From positions 1,440 through 65,439 of the forward strand of contig DDUN01000036.1 of assembly GCA_002344825.1 (NCBI GenBank): DNA of 64,000 nucleotides, given 5' to 3'. Positions 1 to 10,473 of the stretch are shown here, piece after piece. The notes beneath the pieces were generated by a model. That model was not told where the DNA came from, did no database searches, and was given only the letters and a program-made list of their open reading frames with translations. The DNA comes from Candidatus Multiplicimicrobium inquinatum (lineage in GTDB: Bacteria; Omnitrophota; Omnitrophia; Omnitrophales; Aquincolibacteriaceae). How positions within the stretch are numbered: the stretch's first letter is position 1; every line of letters starts with the position of its first letter. A program made the position numbers and the translations under genes.

Positions 1-261
1 GGGGAGAGGCTGGTTTTTATAATTGGATTCAAGCGTGAGACTCATGCCGAATCCGCTGATCAAGAAAAAGGAAGAAATACAAGATTCGGCAAAAGAATTA
101 GGAAGGATAACGGTATGCCGGAAAAGCACGATTGTGGTTAAAAATAAACGAAGATAACCTAACATAAAAATAAGATCGCTTTATTAAAGTATTTAAAGAG
201 GCAAGTTATGATAACGCAAATTTTTTAAAAAAGAGAATGGAATCTGGGGTGCGCCGTCAGT

Positions 262-738
262 TTAAAGAAAATACCAGCTTGAAAAGGTGGCGGCTTGGCC
301 GATGGGGCGGAAGTCTTCATCGATCAGATTCCACACGGTTGCCCGCTCAATTTTAAATCTGCGTCCGGTGCTCGAGATTCGAATTCCCGAGTAATTGTCG
401 ATAAAACCCTTTTTCTGAACCGTATCCAAAAATTTTTGTCTTTCATCGCGATGCATGGCTTCCGCGGTATGTCGGCCGGGCGTTTGTGTGAGCTGCTGCC
501 AGGACATTTCCCAAAGCCGGAGGCCTTGCTCGTTGCCGTAATTAAGAATCGGGTCAGCGGCTGAATTGGAAGTTACGACGACAAAAGGCGCGAAAAAAAG
601 CAAGCTCGCGGCTTGGTTTTTATCCGCACAGGCAGGGAGCAAGTCCTTTCCCGTCCAATGCGAATAAGAACGTAGAATGATTTGGGTTTGAGTTTGCGCG
701 AAAAGAAGCGGAATGTCCTGAGGCAGTGTCTTTGTCAT
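262..738 (-). CDS. MEKHLA-domain (PAS-like) protein
   Basis: 158 aa. The segment ILNYGNEQGLRLWEMSW...GFIDNYSGIRISSTGRRFKIERATVWNL matches my recollection of the bacterial MEKHLA domain consensus. Recognised from memory only. Confidence 0.5.
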   Translation of the reverse strand: MTKTLPQDIPLLFAQTQTQIILRSYSHWTGKDLLPACADKNQAASLLFFAPFVVVTSNSAADPILNYGNEQGLRLWEMSWQQLTQTPGRHTAEAMHRDERQKFLDTVQKKGFIDNYSGIRISSTGRRFKIERATVWNLIDEDFRPIGQAATFSSWYFL

Positions 739-771
739 CGTGGTAAAATAGCACGATTTTTAGATTAATCA

Positions 772-1224
772 ATGCGGAGCGAGAGTATGAAAAAAACGCA
801 TCTTTGGATTATTTTGTTTTGGGCTGCGGTGATTGGTATTAAAGTTTGGGCGGGCTTCCATGGCCAAACCACTTTGGCTGATTCGATCAGCGAAATCACG
901 GGGTTTGCATGCCTTTTGACCGGCACGCTGTTTCTTGCTTTTTTTACCGAGTTGAGCAAGCGCCGCTTTTTAAAAGTAAGCGCGGCGCGTGTTGTCGGCG
1001 AAATGGCGGATCATAATTATTTCGCGCTGTTGCTTCAGGGGATCTTGCTTTTGGTTTTGGGTGTTTTGGCCATTTTTTTAAAATGGTGGATTACGGTTAT
1101 TATTGGCACTCCTTTATTCTTAGGAATTATCGCGCTTTTTTTTAAAGGCTGGCCGAGCTTTCGTCTCGACCGTATGTATGGTAATCGGACGGTCGTTGAG
1201 ACCCGTGCTGAAATCATCGAATGA
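772..1224 (+). CDS. hypothetical small integral membrane protein
   Basis: 150 aa with 4 predicted hydrophobic helices. Its stop overlaps the start of the downstream pseudouridine synthase (ATGA at 1221), suggesting an operon. The start could instead be the internal Met at 787. Confidence 0.4.
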   Translation: MRSESMKKTHLWIILFWAAVIGIKVWAGFHGQTTLADSISEITGFACLLTGTLFLAFFTELSKRRFLKVSAARVVGEMADHNYFALLLQGILLLVLGVLAIFLKWWITVIIGTPLFLGIIALFFKGWPSFRLDRMYGNRTVVETRAEIIE

Positions 1225-1772
1225 TTATTGTTTTTAATAAACCTTACGGTGTATTGTCGCAGTTTACGCCGGATCAGCCGGGGCAGAAGGTGCTGGCTGA
1301 ATTTGCGTTTCCCCAAAACGTGTATCCGGTGGGACGGCTTGATTTAGACAGTGAAGGGCTGTTGATTTTGAGCGATGAAAAGGTGTGGAATGACAAATTA
1401 CTTAACCCCGAGCACGCGCATGAAAGAACTTATCATGTGCAAGTTGAGGGAAAAGTAACGCGGGATGCCGCGATCCGGCTTGAAAAAGGAGTGGTGATTC
1501 AAGGCTATAAAACAAAACCATGCAAAGCGCTTCGGCTTGATTCCGCGCCGGAGTATCCGCCGCGCATTCCGCCGATCCGGGAAAGAAAAAATATTCCGAC
1601 AAGCTGGATGGAGCTTAAATTAATTGAAGGAAAAAACAGGCAAGTGCGTCGAATGACTGCGGCGGTTGGATTTCCGACATTGCGTTTGATTCGTGCGGCG
1701 ATCGGAAAGATCCGTCTGGAGGGCTTAGCGGAGGGACAGTGGCGGGAAATTAAGGCGGAAGAATTATGCTAA
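1221..1772 (+). CDS. rluE: RsuA/RluE-family 23S rRNA pseudouridine synthase
   Basis: 183 aa. IIVFNKPYGVLSQF and VGRLDLDSEGLLILSDE are the RsuA-family catalytic Asp motif; the size fits RluE. Confidence 0.8.
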   Translation: MIIVFNKPYGVLSQFTPDQPGQKVLAEFAFPQNVYPVGRLDLDSEGLLILSDEKVWNDKLLNPEHAHERTYHVQVEGKVTRDAAIRLEKGVVIQGYKTKPCKALRLDSAPEYPPRIPPIRERKNIPTSWMELKLIEGKNRQVRRMTAAVGFPTLRLIRAAIGKIRLEGLAEGQWREIKAEELC

Positions 1773-2500
1773 AAAAAATATTCTTAACAGCGGGGATTTT
1801 GTTTGCTTTGCAGGCGTCTGCAGCGGCGGTGACTTTCGAAAGCACCGAGCGGCAGGTAACCGTGGCGGAGCTTTACACTTCTCAGGGCTGCGGTAATTGC
1901 CCGCCCGCGGAAGATTGGATTCGTAGTTTTCGCTCACAGTCTTCCTTGTGGAAAAGTTTTGTGCCCTTGGTTTTTCACGTGGATTATAAAAACAAACAGG
2001 GCTGGAAAGATCCTTTCAGCTCAGGGGAGTTCACGAGCCGTCAGCGCCAATATACGCAGTTATGGAGAATGAATATGCTTTTGACTCCGTGCGTTGTGAT
2101 TCAAGGACGGCTTTGGGCTAATTGGGGCCGGATCAAAACACTGCCGACTTTCAATCAATCAGTCGGCGTTTTGCGGGTGGACCAACAGGGGCCGGGGAGG
2201 TACCGTGTTCTTTTTGATCCCAAAGATAAAAAAGAAAAAAAATATGATGCCCATATCGCTCTTTTGGGGTTTAATATCGAATCGACTCCGGCAAAAGGTG
2301 AAAATGCGGGCAAGCCCCTCAAACATGACTTTGTTGTACTGCAGTATGATAAGGTTCCCATGGATGGTTTTTTACAACCGACTGCCGCGATGAATTTAAA
2401 TACGCGGGATTCTCGCGCCCCGCGTTTGGGATTGGCCGCTTGGGTTACGATGAGTGACAGCCCGGTTCCCGTTCAGGCTACCGGCGGGTATTTAGATTAA
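1766..2500 (+). CDS. DUF1223 secreted thioredoxin-like protein
   Basis: Signal peptide followed by ELYTSQGCGNCPPAEDW, which is the characteristic DUF1223 motif (ELFTSQGCSSCPPAD). Confidence 0.7.
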   Translation: MLKKIFLTAGILFALQASAAAVTFESTERQVTVAELYTSQGCGNCPPAEDWIRSFRSQSSLWKSFVPLVFHVDYKNKQGWKDPFSSGEFTSRQRQYTQLWRMNMLLTPCVVIQGRLWANWGRIKTLPTFNQSVGVLRVDQQGPGRYRVLFDPKDKKEKKYDAHIALLGFNIESTPAKGENAGKPLKHDFVVLQYDKVPMDGFLQPTAAMNLNTRDSRAPRLGLAAWVTMSDSPVPVQATGGYLD

Positions 2501-2603
2501 AACATCAGTGGAAGCCTTTTCAAGCCGTTAAAACACCTATGAATTTTAATCGGATTTTTACGGCACAGTTCTTTCCGCTGATTTATAAGACAAAAGCAAA
2601 TTA

Positions 2604-4919
2604 ATGAATCATTTAACATTTCTTCAGGATATGGCGGTGGTGATGGCGGTGAGCGCGGTCATTATGATCGTGTTTCAGCGTTTCCATTTGCCCGTCGTGC
2701 TTGGTTACATTATTGCCGGAGTTGTCATCGGTCCCAACACTCCGCCATGGCCGCTGATCAGCAACGTTGACAGCATTCATACTCTTTCCGAGTTAGGAAT
2801 TATTTTTCTGCTTTTTTCCATCGGGCTGGAATTCAGTTTTAAAAAACTGATGAAAGTCGGCGCCATCGCGCTTCTTGCCGCGATTATGGAAATTTGTTTC
2901 ATGATTTGGGTCGGCATGACTATCGGGAATTTTTTGGGATGGGGGATGATCGACAGTCTTTTCTTGGGAGCGATTCTTGCCATTTCGAGCTCGACGATCA
3001 TCGGAAAAATGCTCATTGAGATGAAGAAAATGAAGGAGAAATTCGCGCAAATTATTTTCGGTATCGCGATTATCGATGATGTGCTCGCGATTTTAATCAT
3101 CGCGGGTCTTTCAGGGTTGGCGGCTACCGGCTCATTCGCTTTTGAAGATGTTCGTTTCGCTTTGCTCAAAGTCAGCATGTTTATCGCCGGAGTTTTATTT
3201 TTTGGATTTTTGATTGTTCCGCGTCTTTTGCGTTCGATCGCAAAGTCAGATTCACAGCTGATGGTGATTACCGTGCTCGGTCTTTGCTTCGGTGTTTCAT
3301 TGGTCGCGATGAAGCTTGGTTTCTCAGTCGGGCTCGGCGCTTTTTTGGTCGGCGCGATTATTGCCGAAACAAAGTACGGCCAAGCGATTACGCACAAGTT
3401 TGAACCGATTCGCGATATGTTTACCGCGATCTTCTTCGTTTCGATCGGAATGCTGTTTGACCCGCGTCTTTTACCTGATATTTGGCTGCCGGTTTTAGTG
3501 ATTGTCGTTATTACCATGTTCAGCCGTATTTTAACTTGTTCGCTTGCGACTTTTTTGGGCGGATATCACTCCGATACGGCGCTGAAGGTTGGTTTGGGTT
3601 TGGCGCAAATCGGAGAGTTTTCTTTTATTATCGCGAAGCTGGGTCAGTCTACCGGCGTCACACGGCCGGAGCTTTATTCCATCGCCGTTTCAGTTTCGGC
3701 GTTAACAACCTTGGTTAGCCCGCTCTTAATTAAGCATACGGATACGATCGTGGCGGCGCTCAAGAAAGTTTCACCTAAACCGCTTGTCGCGTTCGGCAAT
3801 TTATATTCGGGTATGATTTCCAATATCGGCGGATTCAGCGGCAGTTTTTTTTCAAAGACAACCATTGCTTCGGGGTTCAAATCTTTTTTAATCCGTTTCA
3901 CGATATCCGTCGCGGCCGGGGCTTTTATTTTTGGCGTGATGCAGTTTGTTTTGGGCCGATTTCCGGACTTAGCGCCCGTTTATTATTGGGCATTAATGGG
4001 CGTTGCCTTATTTCCGGTTTTGATCGCGTTAGCCTATGCTTTTGATGAATTTATTTGGAATGAAATCGTTCTTAATTTAATTAAATCAAGGGAAAAGCTG
4101 GATGAGTCCCAGGATGCGAACCAAATTCTGCACAATGTTCTGCGTTTTTTAATGGTGCTGGTCGCGGGAGTTTTCTTTTTGGCCCTGGGGTCTCTTTTTA
4201 CGCCGTCTTTGCCTTTAACGGCGGCGTTTATGGGATTGTTTTTTATTTCGGGTGTTTTTCTATGGGGCTCCATCCGAAAAGCGCATGCTCGCGTTGAAAA
4301 ACTCGCGTTAAGCATTTTTGAAAGCAAGCCGGAAGACATTTCGTCCGTGAAGGTGAAAGGTGAACAGCAGGAATTAATTCGTCTTATTCATCAAGAATAT
4401 CCATGGGATGCGGTAACGGAAGATTTTCTTTTGCCTTATCAGGAGACCGCGGCCAATCAAACTTTGCGCGATTTACGTTTACGCGCGGAAACCGGAGCGA
4501 CGATCGTGGCGATTTACCGTGATGAAGAGTCCATTCCCAATCCTCCCGCCGAGACACAGCTTCAGCCCGGGGATGTTTTGCTTTTGATGGGCGATCAAGA
4601 ACAAGTAAAAGCCGCCATTCAGTTTTTGAATAAAAAAATCAAAGAGCCTTTACAGGCTGTGCCAAAGCGCGAAGGCGTGCCAAAAACACAAGCGTTTACA
4701 ATTGTTTCCACCTATTGGGTTGTGGGGAAAACCTTGGGGGAAATTCGTTTGCGCCGCAAAACCGGCACCACGGTTTTTGGTATGCAAAAACCGGAGCTTT
4801 CAATCAATAGTCCCGGCCCGGATACTTTAATTGAAACAGGCGATGTCTTAATTCTTTTTGGTTGGCCCGACCAGCTTAAGGCGGCTTTTGACTATCTTTC
4901 TCAGCCCCAAAGAGACTGA
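2604..4919 (+). CDS. CPA2-family monovalent cation:proton antiporter (Kef-like) with two C-terminal TrkA-C/RCK-C domains
   Basis: 771 aa. The N-terminal ~400 aa is polytopic membrane with a Kef/YbaL-like start (FLQDMAVVMAVSAVIMIVFQRFHLPVVLGYIIAGVVIGP). The C-terminus carries two TrkA-C-like repeats (LRAETGATIVAIYRDEE...PGDVLLLMGDQEQV and LRRKTGTTVFGMQKPE...GDVLILFGWPDQL). I see no Rossmann TrkA-N domain. Confidence 0.85.
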   Translation: MNHLTFLQDMAVVMAVSAVIMIVFQRFHLPVVLGYIIAGVVIGPNTPPWPLISNVDSIHTLSELGIIFLLFSIGLEFSFKKLMKVGAIALLAAIMEICFMIWVGMTIGNFLGWGMIDSLFLGAILAISSSTIIGKMLIEMKKMKEKFAQIIFGIAIIDDVLAILIIAGLSGLAATGSFAFEDVRFALLKVSMFIAGVLFFGFLIVPRLLRSIAKSDSQLMVITVLGLCFGVSLVAMKLGFSVGLGAFLVGAIIAETKYGQAITHKFEPIRDMFTAIFFVSIGMLFDPRLLPDIWLPVLVIVVITMFSRILTCSLATFLGGYHSDTALKVGLGLAQIGEFSFIIAKLGQSTGVTRPELYSIAVSVSALTTLVSPLLIKHTDTIVAALKKVSPKPLVAFGNLYSGMISNIGGFSGSFFSKTTIASGFKSFLIRFTISVAAGAFIFGVMQFVLGRFPDLAPVYYWALMGVALFPVLIALAYAFDEFIWNEIVLNLIKSREKLDESQDANQILHNVLRFLMVLVAGVFFLALGSLFTPSLPLTAAFMGLFFISGVFLWGSIRKAHARVEKLALSIFESKPEDISSVKVKGEQQELIRLIHQEYPWDAVTEDFLLPYQETAANQTLRDLRLRAETGATIVAIYRDEESIPNPPAETQLQPGDVLLLMGDQEQVKAAIQFLNKKIKEPLQAVPKREGVPKTQAFTIVSTYWVVGKTLGEIRLRRKTGTTVFGMQKPELSINSPGPDTLIETGDVLILFGWPDQLKAAFDYLSQPQRD

Positions 4920-6851
4920 TTGCGCATGGCGACTTCCATAGGTCGTTTTCTTTCCATTTTATTTTTTACAATCTGGCTGTCTGTTCCGGTATCGGCGGAA
5001 CCGGTCTATGACGCGCATGCGCGCGTTGAGTTGATTGCGGATACCGCCGAAATAACTCCCGGGTCTGAGTTTCAGGCCGGCGTGCTTTTCCGCATGGATC
5101 CCGAATGGCATGTTTATTGGAAAAATCCGGGTGATTCCGGACTTGCGCCCGTTTTTAAATGGGAATTACCCGAGGGGATTTCTGCAGGGGAAATTCGTTG
5201 GCCGATTCCCCAAAAAATTGATTTGCCGCCGCTTACCAGCTATGGATATGAAAAAGAAGTTTTGCTGGCAGTACCTTTCAAAGCATCACCCGAGTTGAAT
5301 ACTCAGCTTCCCGCTGTTCTTCGGGTTAAAGTCGAATGGCTCGCCTGCAAGGTAGAGTGTATTCCCGGGAAAGCGGAATTAGAAATTAAAACACCTTTTC
5401 AGGCAAACAACGAAATTTTCAGGAAAACCGAAAGTACTTATCCCGCAAAAAAATTGCCCTGGAAAGTAGAAGCGCGGCGAACGGAAAAGAATATTCAGCT
5501 CAGCTTTTTTTCGGGCGAAGCAAAAATGTCCCTGGGCGACGTTTATTTTTTTCCTGAAAACGAGGCTCTTGTCAGTCACGCAGAGCCGCAAACATTGACT
5601 CGAAAAAACCAAGGCTATGAATTGCAAATTCCTTTATCGGTAAACCATCCGGAAGACCTTGAGTCTTTGCGCGGTGTTTTGGTTTCACGCGAAGGTTTAA
5701 GCGCAGTAAGAGGATGGGAAGTGAATGTGCCTTTTTCCTCCGCGGCACCCGCGGTTGTCCGGCCGCCGCTGCATTTAGCAGGGGCTGTTTTTTTCGCTTT
5801 CCTAGGCGGGCTTATTTTAAATTTAATGCCCTGTGTTTTACCGGTTTTATCGCTCAAAATTTTGAGTTTTGTGAGCGAGGCAAACCAAAGCCGCCCTTCT
5901 GTTTTGAAGCAGGGTCTTATTTTTACCGCGGGAGTTTTGTTTTCATTTTGGGTTTTAGCCGGGGCACTTATTTTGCTGAAAGCGGGCGGGCAGCAAATCG
6001 GCTGGGGGTTCCAACTGCAGTCACCATGGTTTGTCGCGGTCTTGGCGGTTATCTTTTTGATTTTGGCTTTTAATCTCTTCGGCTTTTTTGAAATTGGCTT
6101 ATCGCTTACGGGCGCGGGGCAAAATTTAAGCGCGAAGAAAGGCTGGGCTGGAACCTTCGCGAGCGGTGTTTTAGCGGTGGTGGTGGCGACGCCCTGCACG
6201 GCGCCTTTTATGGGAACAGCTTTGGGTTATGCGCTGACTCAGCCCGCGTGGACGGCTTGGATTATTTTTACCGCACTTGGGTTCGGACTGGCTTTTCCTT
6301 ATTTCATTCTTTGCGCGAACCCCGCGTGGTTGCGTTTTATTCCCAAGCCGGGGCCATGGATGATCACGCTTAAGAGAGTTTTAGGGACTTTACTTTTGCT
6401 GACTGTTTTTTGGTTGGGATGGATTTTTTCGGTGCAAATGGGAGCTTTTCAGATTGTTTCTCGGAACCAGGAAGCTTCGGCTCATAAGTTAAGCTGGGAG
6501 CCTTACTCCGAAGCCCGTTTGACCGAATTGCTCGCTGCCGGCCGTCCTATTTTTGTCGATTTTACCGCCGCTTGGTGTTTAACTTGCCAGGTCAATGAGC
6601 GTTTGGTGCTCGACCGCAAAGAAACGGCAGAGCTCTTTAAGGAGGGGAATATTGCCGCTTTGAAAGCGGATTGGACAAACCGTGATGAGGAAGTTACGCG
6701 CGCCTTGGCTTCACATGGACGCAACAGTATCCCTTTTTATTTATTTTATTCCGGCAAGGGAGCTGCGCCGGTTGTTTTGCCTGAGATCTTAACGCCTAAA
6801 ATCGTCCGCGAAGCTTTATCTGTTCTTGATTTGCAAAAAGAGGCAAATTGA
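4920..6851 (+). CDS. dsbD: thiol:disulfide interchange protein DsbD (DsbD-alpha + CcdA-like membrane core + C-terminal thioredoxin)
   Basis: 643 aa. Signal peptide and an N-terminal DsbD-alpha-like domain, then a central membrane core with LNLMPCVLPVLSLKIL and ATPCTAPFMG (CcdA Cys motifs), then a C-terminal Trx motif FTAAWCLTCQVNE. Confidence 0.85.
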   Translation: MRMATSIGRFLSILFFTIWLSVPVSAEPVYDAHARVELIADTAEITPGSEFQAGVLFRMDPEWHVYWKNPGDSGLAPVFKWELPEGISAGEIRWPIPQKIDLPPLTSYGYEKEVLLAVPFKASPELNTQLPAVLRVKVEWLACKVECIPGKAELEIKTPFQANNEIFRKTESTYPAKKLPWKVEARRTEKNIQLSFFSGEAKMSLGDVYFFPENEALVSHAEPQTLTRKNQGYELQIPLSVNHPEDLESLRGVLVSREGLSAVRGWEVNVPFSSAAPAVVRPPLHLAGAVFFAFLGGLILNLMPCVLPVLSLKILSFVSEANQSRPSVLKQGLIFTAGVLFSFWVLAGALILLKAGGQQIGWGFQLQSPWFVAVLAVIFLILAFNLFGFFEIGLSLTGAGQNLSAKKGWAGTFASGVLAVVVATPCTAPFMGTALGYALTQPAWTAWIIFTALGFGLAFPYFILCANPAWLRFIPKPGPWMITLKRVLGTLLLLTVFWLGWIFSVQMGAFQIVSRNQEASAHKLSWEPYSEARLTELLAAGRPIFVDFTAAWCLTCQVNERLVLDRKETAELFKEGNIAALKADWTNRDEEVTRALASHGRNSIPFYLFYSGKGAAPVVLPEILTPKIVREALSVLDLQKEAN

Positions 6852-6898
6852 ATAAGATAGCGTCTGCCTCGTCTCAATATTAACCAAGGAGACTGAAC

Positions 6899-7513
6899 AT
6901 GAATCGGAAACCCGCACTTTTACCCATTTTGATTTTATCTTTGATTTTTTCCGCGCCTGCTTTCTCTGCGGTTGAAAACAATCAGCCCGCGCCTGATTTT
7001 TCTTTAACGGATCTGGATGGAAACATCCGTTCGCTTTCCGAATTCAACGGTAAGTTTGTTGTGTTGGAATGGGTGAACCATGATTGTCCTTTCGTAAAAA
7101 AGCACTATGACCAGGGACATATGCAGGCATTGCAGGCGGAGTACGCGCAGAAAGGCGTTGTCTGGCTTTCAATCAATTCATCCGCGGAAGGGAAGCAAGG
7201 GAATTATTCACCTGAAGAATGGAAGGGTTTGCAGGCTGAAAAGAAATCCGCGGCTACGGCAACTTTGCTTGATCCCGAAGGAAAAGTTGGAAAACTTTAC
7301 GGCGCTCAAACCACGCCGCACATGTATGTTGTAAATCCCGACGGTGATTTGATATATCAGGGTGCCATTGACAGCATTAAGAGCACCAACACTTCGGATA
7401 TTGAGCTTTCGGAAAACTATGTTCGCTCGGCATTGGACTCGGCTCTTTCGGGCGGAACGGTACAAACTCCGTTTTCGAAAGCATATGGATGCTCGGTGAA
7501 ATATAAAAGCTGA
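6899..7513 (+). CDS. periplasmic thioredoxin-fold redoxin (AhpC/TSA/TlpA-like, single-Cys CPFV motif)
   Basis: Signal peptide (ends ...PAFSA). FVVLEWVNHDCPFVKKHY sits at the position of a redoxin active site. It lies immediately downstream of dsbD. Confidence 0.55.
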   Translation: MNRKPALLPILILSLIFSAPAFSAVENNQPAPDFSLTDLDGNIRSLSEFNGKFVVLEWVNHDCPFVKKHYDQGHMQALQAEYAQKGVVWLSINSSAEGKQGNYSPEEWKGLQAEKKSAATATLLDPEGKVGKLYGAQTTPHMYVVNPDGDLIYQGAIDSIKSTNTSDIELSENYVRSALDSALSGGTVQTPFSKAYGCSVKYKS

Positions 7514-7527
7514 TTTTTTTCTTTCAA

Positions 7528-7566
7528 AAGCCGCGCCTGAAGTCATAGGCACGGCTTTTTTTGTTT
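7528..7566 (+). terminator. intrinsic terminator after the redoxin gene
   Basis: agccgcgcc-tgaagtcatag-ggcacggct stem with one mismatch, followed by ttttttttg. Confidence 0.6.
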
Positions 7567-7601
7567 TTAAGGAGCCTTAGCACAGCGCTGAGGATTATTT
7601 T

Positions 7602-7623
7602 GAAATAACGAACTCGTTATTTC
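7602..7623. promoter_or_regulatory. perfect 10 bp inverted repeat overlapping the -35 region of the eno promoter (candidate operator)
   Basis: gaaataacga-ac-tcgttatttc. A TATAAT at 7643-7648 lies 16 nt after a weak -35 TTCATT (7621-7626); the eno ATG is at 7698. Confidence 0.4.
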
Positions 7624-7679
7624 ATTTTTATTGGATGGCTAGTATAATCCCCGCTCTTGATACGGAATACCAAACATGA

Positions 7680-8993
<1,314 letters not shown>

Positions 8994-9034
8994 CAGATTA
9001 CCGAAAAAGGTCATCTGCTGTGTTGCCAGCGCGC

Positions 9035-9108
9035 TTCCTTGTGCGGCGTAGGTTTCACTACGCCTCCGCAGTCGCTTGCTGGCGCCTTGCATCTGAACCT
9101 TTTTGGGC
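9035..9108 (+). repeat. copy A of a ~75 nt structured intergenic repeat (hairpin GTGCGGCGTA..TACGCCTCC + conserved tail + T-run), 3' of eno
   Basis: Near-identical core to 46311-46392 and partial identity to 12322-12398. The alignment is written out in the findings. Confidence 0.7.
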
Positions 9109-9135
9109 GATCTGTTTAAATAAGAAGGATTAATA

Positions 9136-9501
9136 ATGCCGCGGTTTAAGTTTCCAAAATACACGTTGATCGTGATTTTGGTCTTAACCGCGGCATTTTT
9201 CTTTTATTTCCCGTCTTATTCCCGTTACCGTGAGCTTAAATCGGAAGCCGATCGCCTTCAGTCCCAGCTTGTGGATTTGCAAAAGCAGATCGAAGTCCTC
9301 CAGCGTGAAAAACAGCTGATCAAAAATGATAAAAACTATCTTGAAAATGTGATTCGTAAAGAAATGGGTCTGGTCGAGCCGGGGGAGGTTGTTTATGAGT
9401 TTGAAGATAAACCCCGTAAGCAGGTCTCAGCTATTCCGCCGGTGGTCAAAACAGTCTCATTGTCTTCGGAATCGGTACCAGCGGGTGATTCCCGGGAGTA
9501 A
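9136..9501 (+). CDS. ftsB: cell division protein FtsB/DivIC (septum formation initiator)
   Basis: 121 aa with an N-terminal TM helix and then a coiled coil (LKSEADRLQSQLVDLQKQIEVLQREKQLIKND...LENVIRKEMGLVEPGEVVY). The eno-ftsB arrangement is a common synteny. Confidence 0.7.
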   Translation: MPRFKFPKYTLIVILVLTAAFFFYFPSYSRYRELKSEADRLQSQLVDLQKQIEVLQREKQLIKNDKNYLENVIRKEMGLVEPGEVVYEFEDKPRKQVSAIPPVVKTVSLSSESVPAGDSRE

Positions 9502-9522
9502 AACCCCGTTTTGACCGTTTCG

Positions 9523-9550
9523 TTGACATCCCCAAGCTCCAAGCTATAAT
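9523..9550 (+). promoter_or_regulatory. consensus sigma70-type promoter (TTGACA-16-TATAAT)
   Basis: TTGACA at 9523-9528 and TATAAT at 9545-9550 with a 16 nt spacer. It sits about 60 nt upstream of the 9613 CDS. Confidence 0.5.
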
Positions 9551-9612
9551 ACACAGCTTTTTAGGATCGAAGACTTTTACCATTTTAAGACAAAAATAAG
9601 CGGGAAATAAGC

Positions 9613-10473
9613 GTGTCAGACATGTTTAGCCCTAAAAAAGCTTTTGCTTTTTTTGCGGCTTTTTTAATTTTGGGAAGTATTACGTTGGCAGATGTTCACG
9701 CTCAGGTTGCTCCTGCAGTCGCTTCGGCGGAGTCTCAGGCACAGGGGAAGAAGCCCAAGCGTAAATTACCGACGGGTTTATTGGAGTTAAGCGGTTATAA
9801 GGTACCGGTTTTCCTCTATGTTCCCGAGGGGTTGGAAATTGACAGAAAATATCCTTTTCTTGTCATGGTTCCCAATGAAACCACTCCGGCAAAAAATCAG
9901 CTTGAATATATTTTGCCTGTAGCGAAAAGTTTGGAATGTTTTGTCTTAGCGGTGGATGCCTGGCCTAAAGAGGGTGAACCGTTTGTTTTTGACCGATGGC
10001 TGTTGCAGGTGAAGGAAGATATGATGATGCGTTTTCCGATTGATTCATCCAAGGTTTATGCCATCGGACGGAATGGGGGCGGGCATTATGCCGCTTATTT
10101 AATTTCAGCGTATCCGAATGAATTTTCCGGCGCCGCATTTTTAGGAGAAGCGTGGGATGGTCTGTATGTGCAGCTTTTTAATCCCCGTGCGTCTGCAGGA
10201 GATCAAATGCCTGTGGTGGCGGCCTTCACCGCCGATCAACAAACCACAAAAATCAAAAATGAAAAATGGGTTCTCGAGTATCAGGAAAAGGGTTATCCCG
10301 TGCATGTGATGGATGTGACCGGCGAAGAGGGCTTTGATTCGTCTGAATTCAAAGTGTCCTTGCTGGAGTGGCTGGATCAGAAAAGCCAGGCATGGAAACT
10401 GGTACGGGAAGAACAAAATAAAACATTCAAGCAGCGCTTTAAAAAAGGCGTTAAAGAGTTTTTCGAGGTTTAG
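9613..10473 (+). CDS. secreted alpha/beta-hydrolase-fold esterase homologue (PHB-depolymerase/carboxylesterase-like), nucleophile Ser apparently replaced by Asn
   Basis: Signal peptide. The order PFLVMVPNE...VYAIGRNGGGHYAAYLISAYPNEFSGAAF parallels the esterase pattern (hydrophobic strand, then G-x-S-x-G elbow, then YPDxFAA). The elbow here reads G-R-N-G-G. Confidence 0.5.
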   Translation: MSDMFSPKKAFAFFAAFLILGSITLADVHAQVAPAVASAESQAQGKKPKRKLPTGLLELSGYKVPVFLYVPEGLEIDRKYPFLVMVPNETTPAKNQLEYILPVAKSLECFVLAVDAWPKEGEPFVFDRWLLQVKEDMMMRFPIDSSKVYAIGRNGGGHYAAYLISAYPNEFSGAAFLGEAWDGLYVQLFNPRASAGDQMPVVAAFTADQQTTKIKNEKWVLEYQEKGYPVHVMDVTGEEGFDSSEFKVSLLEWLDQKSQAWKLVREEQNKTFKQRFKKGVKEFFEV

